A stretch of 64,000 bases of DNA, taken from NCBI GenBank assembly GCA_963677895.2, contig CAXXGJ010000018.1, forward strand, positions 320,001 through 384,000, written 5' to 3'. Origin of the DNA: Treponemataceae bacterium (GTDB lineage: Bacteria; Spirochaetota; Spirochaetia; Treponematales; Rectinemataceae). Made by a program: the position numbers and the translations under genes. Below, one piece after another: positions 51,354-60,952 of this stretch (its first letter is position 1; every line of letters starts with the position of its first letter). The notes under the pieces were generated by a model that saw only the letters and a list, made by a program, of their open reading frames with translations, was not told where the DNA came from and ran no database searches.

Positions 51354-52475
51354 TCAGCCTGAACGCAGCGCTTCCCAAAGCTCATTGGTTTCTGCGAGGG
51401 CAGCGCTGAAGGCTCCTTTCGCGGGGCGCCCGAAACCCAAACGGATTCCGGGACCATCCTTTGTCCATCGTTCTTCTATGGATTCAATCGGTACGGTGTA
51501 CCAATGGTCGAATGCTTTTACGCTACAGAGATCTCCCAGGAAATAATCCCTATCTAGAACGATAGGCGATCCTGGCGGTACTTCGGCTTCGAGACAAAAA
51601 GTCGTACCATAGTTGCCTAACCGCGCAGCGCCATAGCTCCTTAAACTTTCATCATCCTCACAAGCCCAGGCTTCGAGCTCTCTCTCAAATCGCAATGTTC
51701 CTGACGGTTCCTCTCCTTCCCAAATAGTCGCCTTTATTCTTCCTTCATTCGTTTTTGCGCCCCGCAGATACAGCGTATTGCTGTATCGCGAATTTCCTTC
51801 TATGAGACTCGCGCCGCTAAGGCTGTCATAGTCTTCAGAGAACAGGGCACGCCCGTTTGTTTCCTGCGCCGCGCTCCGGTCGGTGCCAATAAGGATATCG
51901 AAAGCCATCGTCCTCGTGCTCGCGTCAAAATCAATCGTGAATCCAGTTTCCGTGGCTTTACCGCAACGGGATAGCTCTGTAAGCATGTTCGAAAACGCAC
52001 ATCGCAGTGAAATTTGTTTCCCTCGCTCCTGATTTGCTTTAAGGCGAAGGCATTCGAATTTACGTGTTTCTCCGGCATCCATGCAGCATTCTCTGGCCAC
52101 GATCGTCTTCATCACCGTTTCAACGGGAGCGGTCGCTTCAAAAAAACCTGAGAGTTCGTCGGGTATCACCAATCTTCTTCCAAGAATGCTCTTCGCCTCA
52201 TATCCCCTGGCGATAATCCACGGTGTTCCTTTTTTTAATCGTTTCTTCTCCGTCTCCACGATGATCCCGAGCCGTTTTCCGGAATTCCCCGCAACTATGA
52301 AATTCCCTGGCTTTAAGGCAGAATCTTCGGCTTTATCCAGTGGCATCGAAAGCGCAAAATCACCCGGCGCTAAAAATCTGCGTACGTAATAGAATTCTCC
52401 GAAAGCATCAATGTCAGCCAATAGATCAAGCTGTTCACTAAAAATTCTTATGGGAATCGTGGCGTTCATCGTCAA
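51354..52475 (-). CDS. siphovirus Gp37-like baseplate hub/Tal-like protein
   Basis: RRFLAPGDF, ILGRRLV, GTDRS, DYFLGD, LGFG. Confidence 0.8.
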   Translation of the reverse strand: MTMNATIPIRIFSEQLDLLADIDAFGEFYYVRRFLAPGDFALSMPLDKAEDSALKPGNFIVAGNSGKRLGIIVETEKKRLKKGTPWIIARGYEAKSILGRRLVIPDELSGFFEATAPVETVMKTIVARECCMDAGETRKFECLRLKANQERGKQISLRCAFSNMLTELSRCGKATETGFTIDFDASTRTMAFDILIGTDRSAAQETNGRALFSEDYDSLSGASLIEGNSRYSNTLYLRGAKTNEGRIKATIWEGEEPSGTLRFERELEAWACEDDESLRSYGAARLGNYGTTFCLEAEVPPGSPIVLDRDYFLGDLCSVKAFDHWYTVPIESIEERWTKDGPGIRLGFGRPAKGAFSAALAETNELWEALRSG

Positions 52476-53935
52476 GCCTCGAACTTATATCCCCAACTCA
52501 CGTTGCTTCCGGCCGTAATTACTACGAGTACTCCATCATCATTTTTGTAGATAAATTTTATGCAATCATTTTCGGGTATTTCCCATTTCTTTATCCAGCT
52601 TGCACCCATATCATTGCTAATGTATATTTTTCTGCGGCATCCCATATAGATGGTTGTTCCATCGACAAAGATTGCTGAATAATCTATTTGTCCATCAATT
52701 TCCCTGCCATCATCCCAGGTAATCCCATAGTCCGTACTTTTAAAAAGTTTTGCGTTGTGCTCTAGCCCTGCTAAAACTATGCCGTTTCCTATGTGCTTAA
52801 TAAAAGTATATGGGTATTCTTCTATCCCCGTTGATTTTACTTCTGCCCATGTTACGCCGGAGTCAGTCGATCGAAACATTTTCCCGCTGGCATAACTTCC
52901 AGCGAGTACCACCGTCCCGCCAACACTCTCCATTACTTTTAATCCTTCATTGCTGCAAGTTCCGATATAGCTCCATGTTAATCCGCCATCTATAGAGCCG
53001 ATTATCTTATCTCGTGAAGATCCCGTTGCGATAATGTTTGATGTGCTGAGGACACAGAATGTGTCGATGAATTCTTCGTACTCAGAATCCCATACCTCTG
53101 TCCATGGACTGAGATAATAAGATGATGCCCTGAATATTTTACCATCTGTTCCTGCTAAATATGCTGATCCAGTATTGGCCAGGCTACGAATACTAGTGCT
53201 CACCGTAATTTGATCTATATTTTTCAGAGTTATTCCATGATCGTTGCTGTAAGCCAAGTGGTTGTTCTTATCATATCCAGCAAGTACTACATCACTTTCA
53301 AGCCGCAGCGCACAATTGATAGTCCCTGTCTCTAAACTATGATTTTCGACATGCATGAACTTTACAAAGGAAATTCCGTTCTGACCTGCATTCAGCGCAT
53401 CAGCCTTCGCTTTTATTATCCTTCCATAAACCTGCCCTTCTACAAGCGCATCGATCGAGTCGCTGTTCGTTATAAAGACCGGCCTCATCTGCCGCTCATC
53501 GGTCAGCGTCAGTACATTCGGCCCCGCCGAATGATCGATAAGGATTTTTTCCACTTCGATGTCATCATCGCTTAGGTAAAGGGGCGCGACAGGGTCATCG
53601 GCTTCCCCCCCTTTTAGAACAGTCGCCACCATCGTCCGCCGGTATCGATCGATGCATATGGCGATCCTGTCATACCGCTTTTTCCCAAGCGTTGGCTCAT
53701 CCAAGGTCAATGATAGTGGCGATGTGTTTCTATAATAGACGCCTCCCTTCATCGCCACGCCTTTTCCCATAGTGATCGTGAAACTTCCATCTGATGTCAC
53801 CGCGAAAGCATCATCGGAATGCGCCAGAATTCCATCGGCGCGCTGCATAGCCTCGTGAAGTTTTTCGTTCATGAATCGCGCCGTATATTTCCTGTCGCCC
53901 GCAACCCCGGTGAAGAACCCGGATTCTTCCGCCAT
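52472..53935 (-). CDS. baseplate/receptor-binding protein with Asp-box beta-propeller
   Basis: MAEESGFF...GDRKY, RYDRI N-terminal anchor; repeated S-x-D-x-G-x-T/S-W. Confidence 0.78.
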   Translation of the reverse strand: MAEESGFFTGVAGDRKYTARFMNEKLHEAMQRADGILAHSDDAFAVTSDGSFTITMGKGVAMKGGVYYRNTSPLSLTLDEPTLGKKRYDRIAICIDRYRRTMVATVLKGGEADDPVAPLYLSDDDIEVEKILIDHSAGPNVLTLTDERQMRPVFITNSDSIDALVEGQVYGRIIKAKADALNAGQNGISFVKFMHVENHSLETGTINCALRLESDVVLAGYDKNNHLAYSNDHGITLKNIDQITVSTSIRSLANTGSAYLAGTDGKIFRASSYYLSPWTEVWDSEYEEFIDTFCVLSTSNIIATGSSRDKIIGSIDGGLTWSYIGTCSNEGLKVMESVGGTVVLAGSYASGKMFRSTDSGVTWAEVKSTGIEEYPYTFIKHIGNGIVLAGLEHNAKLFKSTDYGITWDDGREIDGQIDYSAIFVDGTTIYMGCRRKIYISNDMGASWIKKWEIPENDCIKFIYKNDDGVLVVITAGSNVSWGYKFEA

Positions 53936-53944
53936 ATCCTCTCC

Positions 53945-54832
53945 TTATGCTTCCAGATGTCTCCCTGCAAATTCAAACAGTGCTTCGGATCCTTCCCCGG
54001 GGGAGTCATCGCCAATTTCGATGATATTTTCTCCCGGCTTGAGCTGCCAGAACGTCGATAAAAGGTCCATGTAATGCATCCCGTTGCTTTCTATGCCATG
54101 GCGGTGCAATGTTATGGTTCTGTTGACAGGTTCCGTGTTCACCTCCAAATACTCTCCAGCGGCAATAATGCCTGAAATCCTTAAGATCTCCCCGCTTGTC
54201 GTATTCCGGATGAATGGATTAACGATGGGCCCGCTGAAGCGAATTCTTAACGGCGCCGCAACATTTCCTTGATTGTTGATAGTCTTCGTCCTGTTTCCCG
54301 TGTGCAGTATGGTGGCGAATTCGATACCGTCCTCATCGAACTCGATCCCTTCCTCGCTGAACTCTGTCAATGCCGCAAAGTAGGCAACCTCGGAAACTTG
54401 AGGCTCTATATCTATGAAATAGGGCTGCCTGCAGACAAATTCCACCGAGAATCGCTGCCACGCCTCACTCCATGAACGTTTGACAAAGATTGGCTCACGC
54501 GAGGGCTGCGCCCCAATCTTCCGCCGCCTTCCCAGTCGCTCTACAAACAAGGTTCCTTCCCTCGTATGAATCTTCAATGCCTCACAGATAGTTCTTCTTT
54601 CCGACGCTTCATCTGCCTCCTCGAGCCCCTCGCAATCGATAGCTGCGTCTATCGCTATGTACCGTGGTCTTGTCGTTGTTGTTATCGCAATAACGCCATC
54701 AATCCCCGGTCCTTCCGAAACGCTTATCCCCAGCGGAGGCGTTTCAAGCCCCGATGCTGTAATCAGCTTAAGCCTTCCCGTACCGAAGGATACCTCCTCT
54801 TCGTCGATCGTTCGAAAGGTAAGCACCGTCAC
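53945..54832 (-). CDS. distal tail (Dit/Sipho_tail) protein
   Basis: GPGIDG, C..PYF, INNQGNVAAP...GPIVNP, STFWQLKPGENII. Confidence 0.82.
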   Translation of the reverse strand: MTVLTFRTIDEEEVSFGTGRLKLITASGLETPPLGISVSEGPGIDGVIAITTTTRPRYIAIDAAIDCEGLEEADEASERRTICEALKIHTREGTLFVERLGRRRKIGAQPSREPIFVKRSWSEAWQRFSVEFVCRQPYFIDIEPQVSEVAYFAALTEFSEEGIEFDEDGIEFATILHTGNRTKTINNQGNVAAPLRIRFSGPIVNPFIRNTTSGEILRISGIIAAGEYLEVNTEPVNRTITLHRHGIESNGMHYMDLLSTFWQLKPGENIIEIGDDSPGEGSEALFEFAGRHLEA

Positions 54833-54981
54833 CAGTCCTCTCCAAAGGCGATGAGCCTCGATACTCTTTCGCTCTCTCGTTTTTCTTCCAGGAGATCGGG
54901 AACAACCTCATGTTCAATGGTATTCGCCATCGTTTCATCGCTTGATTCATCGTTCCTGGGTTCCTTTTTTTCGATCGCCAT
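54829..54981 (-). CDS. 50-aa ORF at the position of the missing tail tube/tape measure genes
   Basis: TGATG overlap at its start and GTGA overlap at its end. Confidence 0.5.
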   Translation of the reverse strand: MAIEKKEPRNDESSDETMANTIEHEVVPDLLEEKRESERVSRLIAFGEDW

Positions 54982-55346
54982 CACCGCATCCTTGCGCCTG
55001 AATAGCGCGATACAAGGCGGCTCCATTCTGGCCGGCCGGCATCATGGCGTACCGTCGCTTCATGATGAAACCCAATATTCTCCATCGCAGTATCGACACG
55101 ATCGGCAAGCTCATAAGCGCATCCTTCTGCAATCATCCCTATGGTGCATTCCCACATCTCTGCGATAACGCTTGTCTCGCCTTCCAGAATCGGTGCGCCC
55201 CTCGCGAGTTCAATAAGCATAAGGGGAGGGGAGTAAGGCGCCTTCTCTGCAGGGTTCCCTACAATAATTCTGTCGGCCGATCCCACCAGCTCAAGTATCC
55301 TTGCATTCTCTGCCAGTAAGGAGCGTATATCCGTTCTACCGCTCAT
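54981..55346 (-). CDS. putative tail terminator/completion protein
   Basis: size and position; ELADRVDTAMENIGF. Confidence 0.55.
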   Translation of the reverse strand: MSGRTDIRSLLAENARILELVGSADRIIVGNPAEKAPYSPPLMLIELARGAPILEGETSVIAEMWECTIGMIAEGCAYELADRVDTAMENIGFHHEATVRHDAGRPEWSRLVSRYSGARMR

Positions 55347-55639
55347 GCCGACTCATCTTCTTTTTCAAGCGTGGCTTCCGTATGCTTAGGAAAACGGCGT
55401 GCTTCAATCACCCTGAAAAGCCCCCTTGTGCAGGTAATCCGATCATTCATGCCGATTTCGATCTTTTCTCTCGTGATGAGCGATAGGCGCTCCTTTCGTC
55501 CCATACCTTGCTTCTCGCTTCTCGCAGGCCATAGGCGAGCCCTGATTGTCCCTCCCGCCTCGTAGGTAGCTTTGTATGCGTGGCATGCATCGAAAGAGAG
55601 CGAGTATTTCAAGAGCTCCACTGCCTCAATGTTCCTCAT
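55343..55639 (-). CDS. putative head-closure protein
   Basis: position after adaptor; IEIGMNDRI...FRV pattern. Confidence 0.5.
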   Translation of the reverse strand: MRNIEAVELLKYSLSFDACHAYKATYEAGGTIRARLWPARSEKQGMGRKERLSLITREKIEIGMNDRITCTRGLFRVIEARRFPKHTEATLEKEDESA

Positions 55640-56124
55640 ACCCGTTCCAGGAGCACCTGTGCCGGGCACCGAATGTGCGCCGATAACAGCCTGTAAATGG
55701 AAGGAAAACGCCGTACCGTTTCGGCCCCAGCCGCATACCTTCGCGTTACTCCGCCTTCTCTCTCTTCCTTTAAATATCCACCCTCGCTCTCGCTCGCCGC
55801 TAGAATGCCGGGATCCACGAGCTCAAGGAGTGCGGCCTCGCACTGCGCTTCGATAAGCCACTGTGGTATCGCGCCGCTCCAAAGCGCTTCCATTCCATAC
55901 CGGGGGTATGAAAGCCGCTGTATCTTCGAAATCCTCGCTCCTGGCCAAAGACCGCCATACATCCGTTCCAGATAGTCACAGGCGCGGATCAGGGCCGCAC
56001 TTTTGGCATCGATACCTGCATTTCCCCATGACGTATTTCCTCGCAGCAGATGATAGCTATCAGCCACACTCACTTCCGTGTAGCTGTCGGCCCCGGCAAG
56101 CCCGCTCCCGTTCTCGATTGTCAT
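55636..56124 (-). CDS. head-tail adaptor ('DnaT-like' phage family)
   Basis: IENGSGLAGADSY...ADSYH, ALIRACDYL, Q.L.YPR, AQCEAAL. Confidence 0.75.
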   Translation of the reverse strand: MTIENGSGLAGADSYTEVSVADSYHLLRGNTSWGNAGIDAKSAALIRACDYLERMYGGLWPGARISKIQRLSYPRYGMEALWSGAIPQWLIEAQCEAALLELVDPGILAASESEGGYLKEEREGGVTRRYAAGAETVRRFPSIYRLLSAHIRCPAQVLLERV

Positions 56125-56669
56125 GCCATGTACCCGTAGACCGTCACCACAAGATCGCTGCCCTCGGCAAAATCGCCGTCGGCCATGACATCGATGCCCT
56201 TCCCGGCACGGCATCCAAGCGACATCCCAAACTCAGCCTCAAGCGTAACCCCTTCGGATGCGGGGCCAATGTAATTGCCCGGAATAAGTTGGGTTGCCAG
56301 AATACCCGCAAAACGGTAGATGAGATCGGTTCCCGAATCGGTGATATATACCTTCGTTCCTGTTCCTCCCGTCCAGGCAGTCTCGCCGTCGAGGAGGAGA
56401 AAGAACCCCAAGGGATAGATCTTCTTTCCCTCGGGGATATCCGCTTCCAAAAAGCTATGGACTCGTGTGCCGGCCGTGAGCGCGGGCAATCGTATCGTCT
56501 TTGAGAAAAATTCCTGCCCACCCGCCTCGGCGCTTTTAATCGTGTTTACCGATTCCTCAAGCTCTTCCAGAGCCTTTCCCAGCCTCATCAGCTCCTGCCC
56601 CAGAAGCGCTCTCTGTCCATCGGGGCTCAAGCGGTCGAGAATCCCTGCCTTGTCAGGATCAAGCGCCAT
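56121..56669 (-). CDS. hypothetical virion protein (capsid decoration candidate)
   Basis: immediately after capsid gene; short coiled coil plus beta-rich domain. Confidence 0.5.
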   Translation of the reverse strand: MALDPDKAGILDRLSPDGQRALLGQELMRLGKALEELEESVNTIKSAEAGGQEFFSKTIRLPALTAGTRVHSFLEADIPEGKKIYPLGFFLLLDGETAWTGGTGTKVYITDSGTDLIYRFAGILATQLIPGNYIGPASEGVTLEAEFGMSLGCRAGKGIDVMADGDFAEGSDLVVTVYGYMA

Positions 56670-56678
56670 GCTGTCCCC

Positions 56679-57821
56679 CTAACCTAAGAGCAGGCCGACA
56701 TGCTCATGCATCACTACCTTGAACCCCCACGCCAGGTGCAGCTCCCAAGTGATCTGCCCGTACTGGGCGATTTCCAGCAGCAGGTAAGAGAGGCCGCGAA
56801 GATCCGAAATTATGGCCTGGATCATGGTCGGATTCTCGGGCATCACCGGAGGTCGCATAATCCCCACCACTGCTTCCCGCTCGAAAGCCAGGCAGGGCGT
56901 GTAGCTGTCGCCGATCGTTATGGCACTTGAGGTGTCGATACCCAGTCGTACTCCCGGTCTTCCGATCGTGAGCAGCTGCTGCATGGCGGTTATCTCGTTG
57001 TGGTTGATGTACCGATTGGTGTCACCCGCGAAGGCGATAATGTCGCCTTCCTTTATGATCCCCGTTCCCGAAGCTCCCGACAGCGTCGTGCTTACGTCGC
57101 CTTTGACCATCGCCTTCGTCGCGTTCGTCAGATAATTCGCGCCCGTCCCCTTCACATGCTGCGCGATCTGCGCGCTCGTGCGAATCTGAAATCCAAACTG
57201 ACGCTTGATGACACCGCTCCGCCGCTCCTCGTCGCTACCCGCCGCGTAAGCCTGCTGAATTGCCGAAAGCTTCAACAGGTTCGTCTCGGCGCCAGAATCG
57301 CAGACGAACTGCGGATCGGCCATAGCGCAGCCGTTATCCTTCAGAATCCTCCGAACCGCGATCAGATCATCCAGGGATGAGGCAAAAGGCGTCGTCCCCG
57401 CCACGCCCGCCGCTCTTGAGGCCCCATGAACAATCGCCGTCACGCAGTCAGCTTCCGCCGCATTCCTTAAGGAGCGCATCTCCTGCATCAACTTTAGCCT
57501 GAGCCACTCCTTGTCGGTCCCTGAGTTCTCAAGACTCCGCCGCTGCTCTCCCGTCAGATGCCAGCTCCGCTTCTTCGACGCCGTGATCTTCACGTTCACC
57601 GTCGACGCCGAATCCGAATCCCCCTGGGGCGTCACGTTCCCCGGAATAAAATCCACCGGCGTTCCGCCCGAAGCGATCGGCACCGCCACAATATCGTCTT
57701 TAGCCACCTGCTTGTCGTCGAAGCTCATGGTCACCGCCTGCAGGGCTCCCGTATCTTCTGCTGAAACCTCCTGCGCCGCTGAAAACAGAATCGGCGCAAG
57801 ACTTGTGAATACATTGGACAT
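56679..57821 (-). CDS. major capsid protein (P22 coat-like, HK97 fold)
   Basis: 380 aa; GTTPF, FGFQIRTS, LAFEREA, LAWGFKV...LLG. Confidence 0.85.
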   Translation of the reverse strand: MSNVFTSLAPILFSAAQEVSAEDTGALQAVTMSFDDKQVAKDDIVAVPIASGGTPVDFIPGNVTPQGDSDSASTVNVKITASKKRSWHLTGEQRRSLENSGTDKEWLRLKLMQEMRSLRNAAEADCVTAIVHGASRAAGVAGTTPFASSLDDLIAVRRILKDNGCAMADPQFVCDSGAETNLLKLSAIQQAYAAGSDEERRSGVIKRQFGFQIRTSAQIAQHVKGTGANYLTNATKAMVKGDVSTTLSGASGTGIIKEGDIIAFAGDTNRYINHNEITAMQQLLTIGRPGVRLGIDTSSAITIGDSYTPCLAFEREAVVGIMRPPVMPENPTMIQAIISDLRGLSYLLLEIAQYGQITWELHLAWGFKVVMHEHVGLLLG

Positions 57822-57837
57822 CTTCTAATGCAGAGGC

Positions 57838-58575
57838 TCAATCCTGATTGAGCGTGCCTCCATGCGCGATAAATGCTGCGCGTTCCTTTGCCGGTAGCCC
57901 CCAAAACTGCTCTACAGCCATGCCGCTTGTCATGTCTCCCGCCACCGGAGCTCTATGCTCCCCGGCGCCGCCCCCCGCGTTCTCCTTCGCGGCGATAAAC
58001 TCCTTCCCTTCGTCGGAAGCCAGAAACTCTTTCACCCAATCAGGCAAATTCTGTTTCTGCTCCACACCATCTCGTGTGAATCTCGCCACTGCCGTCCTGA
58101 TATCTCCCTCTCCCTCAACCGCAAGGATACCTTTCTCTTTGATCAAAGCTTTAGCCGCTCCAATCAGCGAAGGTTTTACATTGGCCTTGGATAGTTCGGC
58201 CGTAAGGCCAGAGTCGAGCAGAAGCCTTGTTACCGCGGCCTTCTCTTCATTGAGATTCTTTGTGAGCAATGTTTCCTTATCGGTGCTTTGTCGTGTAGCG
58301 GCTTCGAGAAGTTTTTCCTTCTCGGCGAGAGTGGCTTTCGTGGTTTCGAGCTCGGCCTTCAGCGTCTCGGCCTCGCTGATAACCTTCTCTAGCTCCTCAG
58401 GGCTTTTCCCTGAGAAGGCCTCCATGCGCCGTTCGAATTTCTTGATCCTGGCCCAGTCGCGGGAGGCGAGAGGCTCGATCCTGTCCACGAGGGAGATGAT
58501 CAATTCCTTATCAGCGCTCTCGCCCTTCTCCAGCTCGAATTTCAGATGAGTAATGATGTCTTTCAGACTTGTCAT
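57838..58575 (-). CDS. capsid scaffolding protein
   Basis: coiled coil, EGKEFIAA..NAGGGA, C-terminal ERAAFIAHGG; directly upstream of capsid gene. Confidence 0.78.
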   Translation of the reverse strand: MTSLKDIITHLKFELEKGESADKELIISLVDRIEPLASRDWARIKKFERRMEAFSGKSPEELEKVISEAETLKAELETTKATLAEKEKLLEAATRQSTDKETLLTKNLNEEKAAVTRLLLDSGLTAELSKANVKPSLIGAAKALIKEKGILAVEGEGDIRTAVARFTRDGVEQKQNLPDWVKEFLASDEGKEFIAAKENAGGGAGEHRAPVAGDMTSGMAVEQFWGLPAKERAAFIAHGGTLNQD

Positions 58576-58817
58576 TGGTCATGGTCTATCGTCGGGGGTA
58601 ATATCCGCCCCGCCGGCCGTGCGCAAGGTCTATTGGAAGGTTCTATCGCTTTTGCAGGAAATGCGCGTTACCTGTAAAAGCGGGCAGGCAGGAATTTTCC
58701 GTCCTGTACGGATCGCATGGCAGGTTTGCTACCATAGGTGTATGATAAAGTATACATCACTTGCATGTAAAGAGGGCAGTATCTTATAATCTATTTTTTG
58801 ATTGTTTTTAAAATTTC

Positions 58818-59936
58818 TTACATGTTCCAGATAGCTTTAAAAGCATCTATTATCAAATCCTCATCACCTATTTGTAAACCAATTGGATTTATTACAATTA
58901 TGCCTTTGTTAAGATAGAAAGATGTTACATATATAGGTGGATTGTTCTGTAATAGATGCTTAGCAATTTCGAATGCAGATAATCCCATTTTTTTTTCATC
59001 TATTTTAATCTGTATACGTGGAACCGGTCTTCCAACTTCGTCTGGAAAAATTCTCTTAAGGACGGTATGTGGAAGATTTTTCAAGGAATCTTGTATGAAC
59101 GAGACTTTTGATTCCCATATTTTCTGCTCAGCTTCGTGGTTCCTATTCATATATATTTCTAAAGCTGTAACTAAGCCTATAATTTCTTCTTTACCTACTT
59201 TCATTGGCCGTCCAATTCCATATTCAGGCCCGGCTTGGAGCCGACATGATTCTATAAGATCCTTATCTCCAAATATAAATCCTGTTCCTGGTGGACCATA
59301 AATGTGCTTAGCTCCACTTACAGACACAAGGTTTGCTCCCATAAGCGAATAAGCTCTTAATTTTTCTGGAGGATAATTTGCTACTGCAGCATCTATAATT
59401 ACTGGAATTTTGTGATCTTTACCAATTTGTATGAATTTTTCTAGTGATACCATCCCCAAATCGTTAGATAATTCACTAAAGGCATATAATAAAGCTACCG
59501 TATTCTCGTTTATTGAATACTCAATTTCTTCTATTCTTGTTGAAGATGGCAATCCAACTTCGATAACCTTGACGCCAGTTAGTCTGATGCCTTGATCATA
59601 TCCAGTTCTTTGTCCTTTCTGGATAATTATCTCCGATCCATTAGCTGCTGCCGGTAAATCTAGCATCTTAGCTGTATTACTATGTGTTATACATGCGGAT
59701 ACTGCAAGAAGAAGTCCTGCAGCTGCACCAGAAGTTACGAGAGCTGACTCAGCATTTATAAGTTTTGCAATGGCATTACCGGCGCTCTTGTGAAGTTCAG
59801 TCATATCGATATAGCTTTTTGCAGCTTCAACCATAGAGTTGAGAACAGCATCATCCATGCAAGATCCGCCTAATCTGGAATTATTCGCAGAGGCATTAAT
59901 TACTCTTTTGACTCCTAGAGTTTCATAAGTTGCCAT
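58818..59936 (-). CDS. SelA-like PLP enzyme (DgaE / D-glucosaminate-6-P ammonia-lyase-like)
   Basis: RVINAS, VTSGAAAGL, IIDAA, SGAK, GIGRPMKVGKEEIIGL. Confidence 0.85.
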   Translation of the reverse strand: MATYETLGVKRVINASANNSRLGGSCMDDAVLNSMVEAAKSYIDMTELHKSAGNAIAKLINAESALVTSGAAAGLLLAVSACITHSNTAKMLDLPAAANGSEIIIQKGQRTGYDQGIRLTGVKVIEVGLPSSTRIEEIEYSINENTVALLYAFSELSNDLGMVSLEKFIQIGKDHKIPVIIDAAVANYPPEKLRAYSLMGANLVSVSGAKHIYGPPGTGFIFGDKDLIESCRLQAGPEYGIGRPMKVGKEEIIGLVTALEIYMNRNHEAEQKIWESKVSFIQDSLKNLPHTVLKRIFPDEVGRPVPRIQIKIDEKKMGLSAFEIAKHLLQNNPPIYVTSFYLNKGIIVINPIGLQIGDEDLIIDAFKAIWNM

Positions 59937-59948
59937 ATCTTCCCCCCA

Positions 59949-60677
59949 TCATAATTGTTCAGTTAATTCTTTATTATTTTTGCTGTTGTATGTCTTTTTG
60001 ATATTTTGAAGGTGCTTATTAAAATGATCGTATAAGATTTCAAGTGCTTTTTTCTCATTTCCTTTAATGAATTGATCTAATAGTCTCCTGTGATCATCAA
60101 TTGAAATTCTAGCAGAGTTAGTAAATGATTCTTGCATAGACAAATTCCTAAGAATGTTGATATGAAGACGTAAATCATCGATTATATTCTTAATCCAGAC
60201 ATTGCCAGATGCTTCATAGATAAGTTCATGAAACTTGATATCAGCATCCATGTAGTCTTGGTAGCTGCTAGTATCAATGAGTTTTTCAGAAATATCTATC
60301 GCTTCTTTCATTTTCTCAAATACCCTCGGTTCTTTAATAGATAGCATTTTTTTTATAGCAAGTTCTTCTAAAGCTACGCGCACTTCAATTATAGATTCAA
60401 TTTCTTTTATGCTTAACTTTCTCACAAAGTAGCCTTTCCAATGTACTTTTTCTACTATTCCTCTTTCAACGAGAAAGGAAAGAGCTTCACGAACTGAAAT
60501 ACGGCTAATTTTTGTTTCATCTGAAAGCTCTTGATCATTAATTCGATCGCCGGGCAGCCAATGACCTTCAAGTATTGCTTTTGTAATAATAAGGCTTAGG
60601 CTCTCTGAACGGCTACGCGAAAGCATTGATACGTCAGAGGAAAATCTTGTTGTTTTTATATTTTCATCCAAATTCAT
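59949..60677 (-). CDS. GntR-family regulator (FCD)
   Basis: ISRISVREAL, EVRVALE, DIKFH. Confidence 0.9.
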   Translation of the reverse strand: MNLDENIKTTRFSSDVSMLSRSRSESLSLIITKAILEGHWLPGDRINDQELSDETKISRISVREALSFLVERGIVEKVHWKGYFVRKLSIKEIESIIEVRVALEELAIKKMLSIKEPRVFEKMKEAIDISEKLIDTSSYQDYMDADIKFHELIYEASGNVWIKNIIDDLRLHINILRNLSMQESFTNSARISIDDHRRLLDQFIKGNEKKALEILYDHFNKHLQNIKKTYNSKNNKELTEQL

Positions 60678-60952
60678 GATTAGTTACCTCAAAATATTAG
60701 AATATTTTAATAAACGAAATTTCTTTATCCAGAATTTGCAAATATTCAAATAGTTGCATATATAGTTCAACTGCTATTATGTATTCTATTTTTTTATAGC
60801 TCAATTTCTTTAAAACCACAACTCATCATAATATATATATTATTATAATGCAATAGTTTTAAATTTAAAATTTATAATTGACAATATTCAAAACTTGACT
60901 TATGGTTGTTTATATAGATTAGGTCTCTTGAATTGGGCTTAAGGAGCGTAGA

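Larger units (their letters stand above)
49807..58575 (-). mobile_element. phage-derived structural and lysis operon (GTA-like or reduced prophage)
   Basis: 15 co-oriented, tightly packed ORFs; GC-richer than both flanks. Confidence 0.85.

Noticed and set aside
52472..53935. Diversity-generating retroelement target
   Set aside because: No reverse transcriptase or template/variable repeat pair seen
56679..57821. Encapsulin nanocompartment
   Set aside because: Size, scaffold and neck/baseplate neighbours indicate a phage capsid
58818..59936. True selenocysteine synthase selA
   Set aside because: Short, with no selB/selC/selD nearby; GIGRPMKVGKEE fits the DgaE-like group
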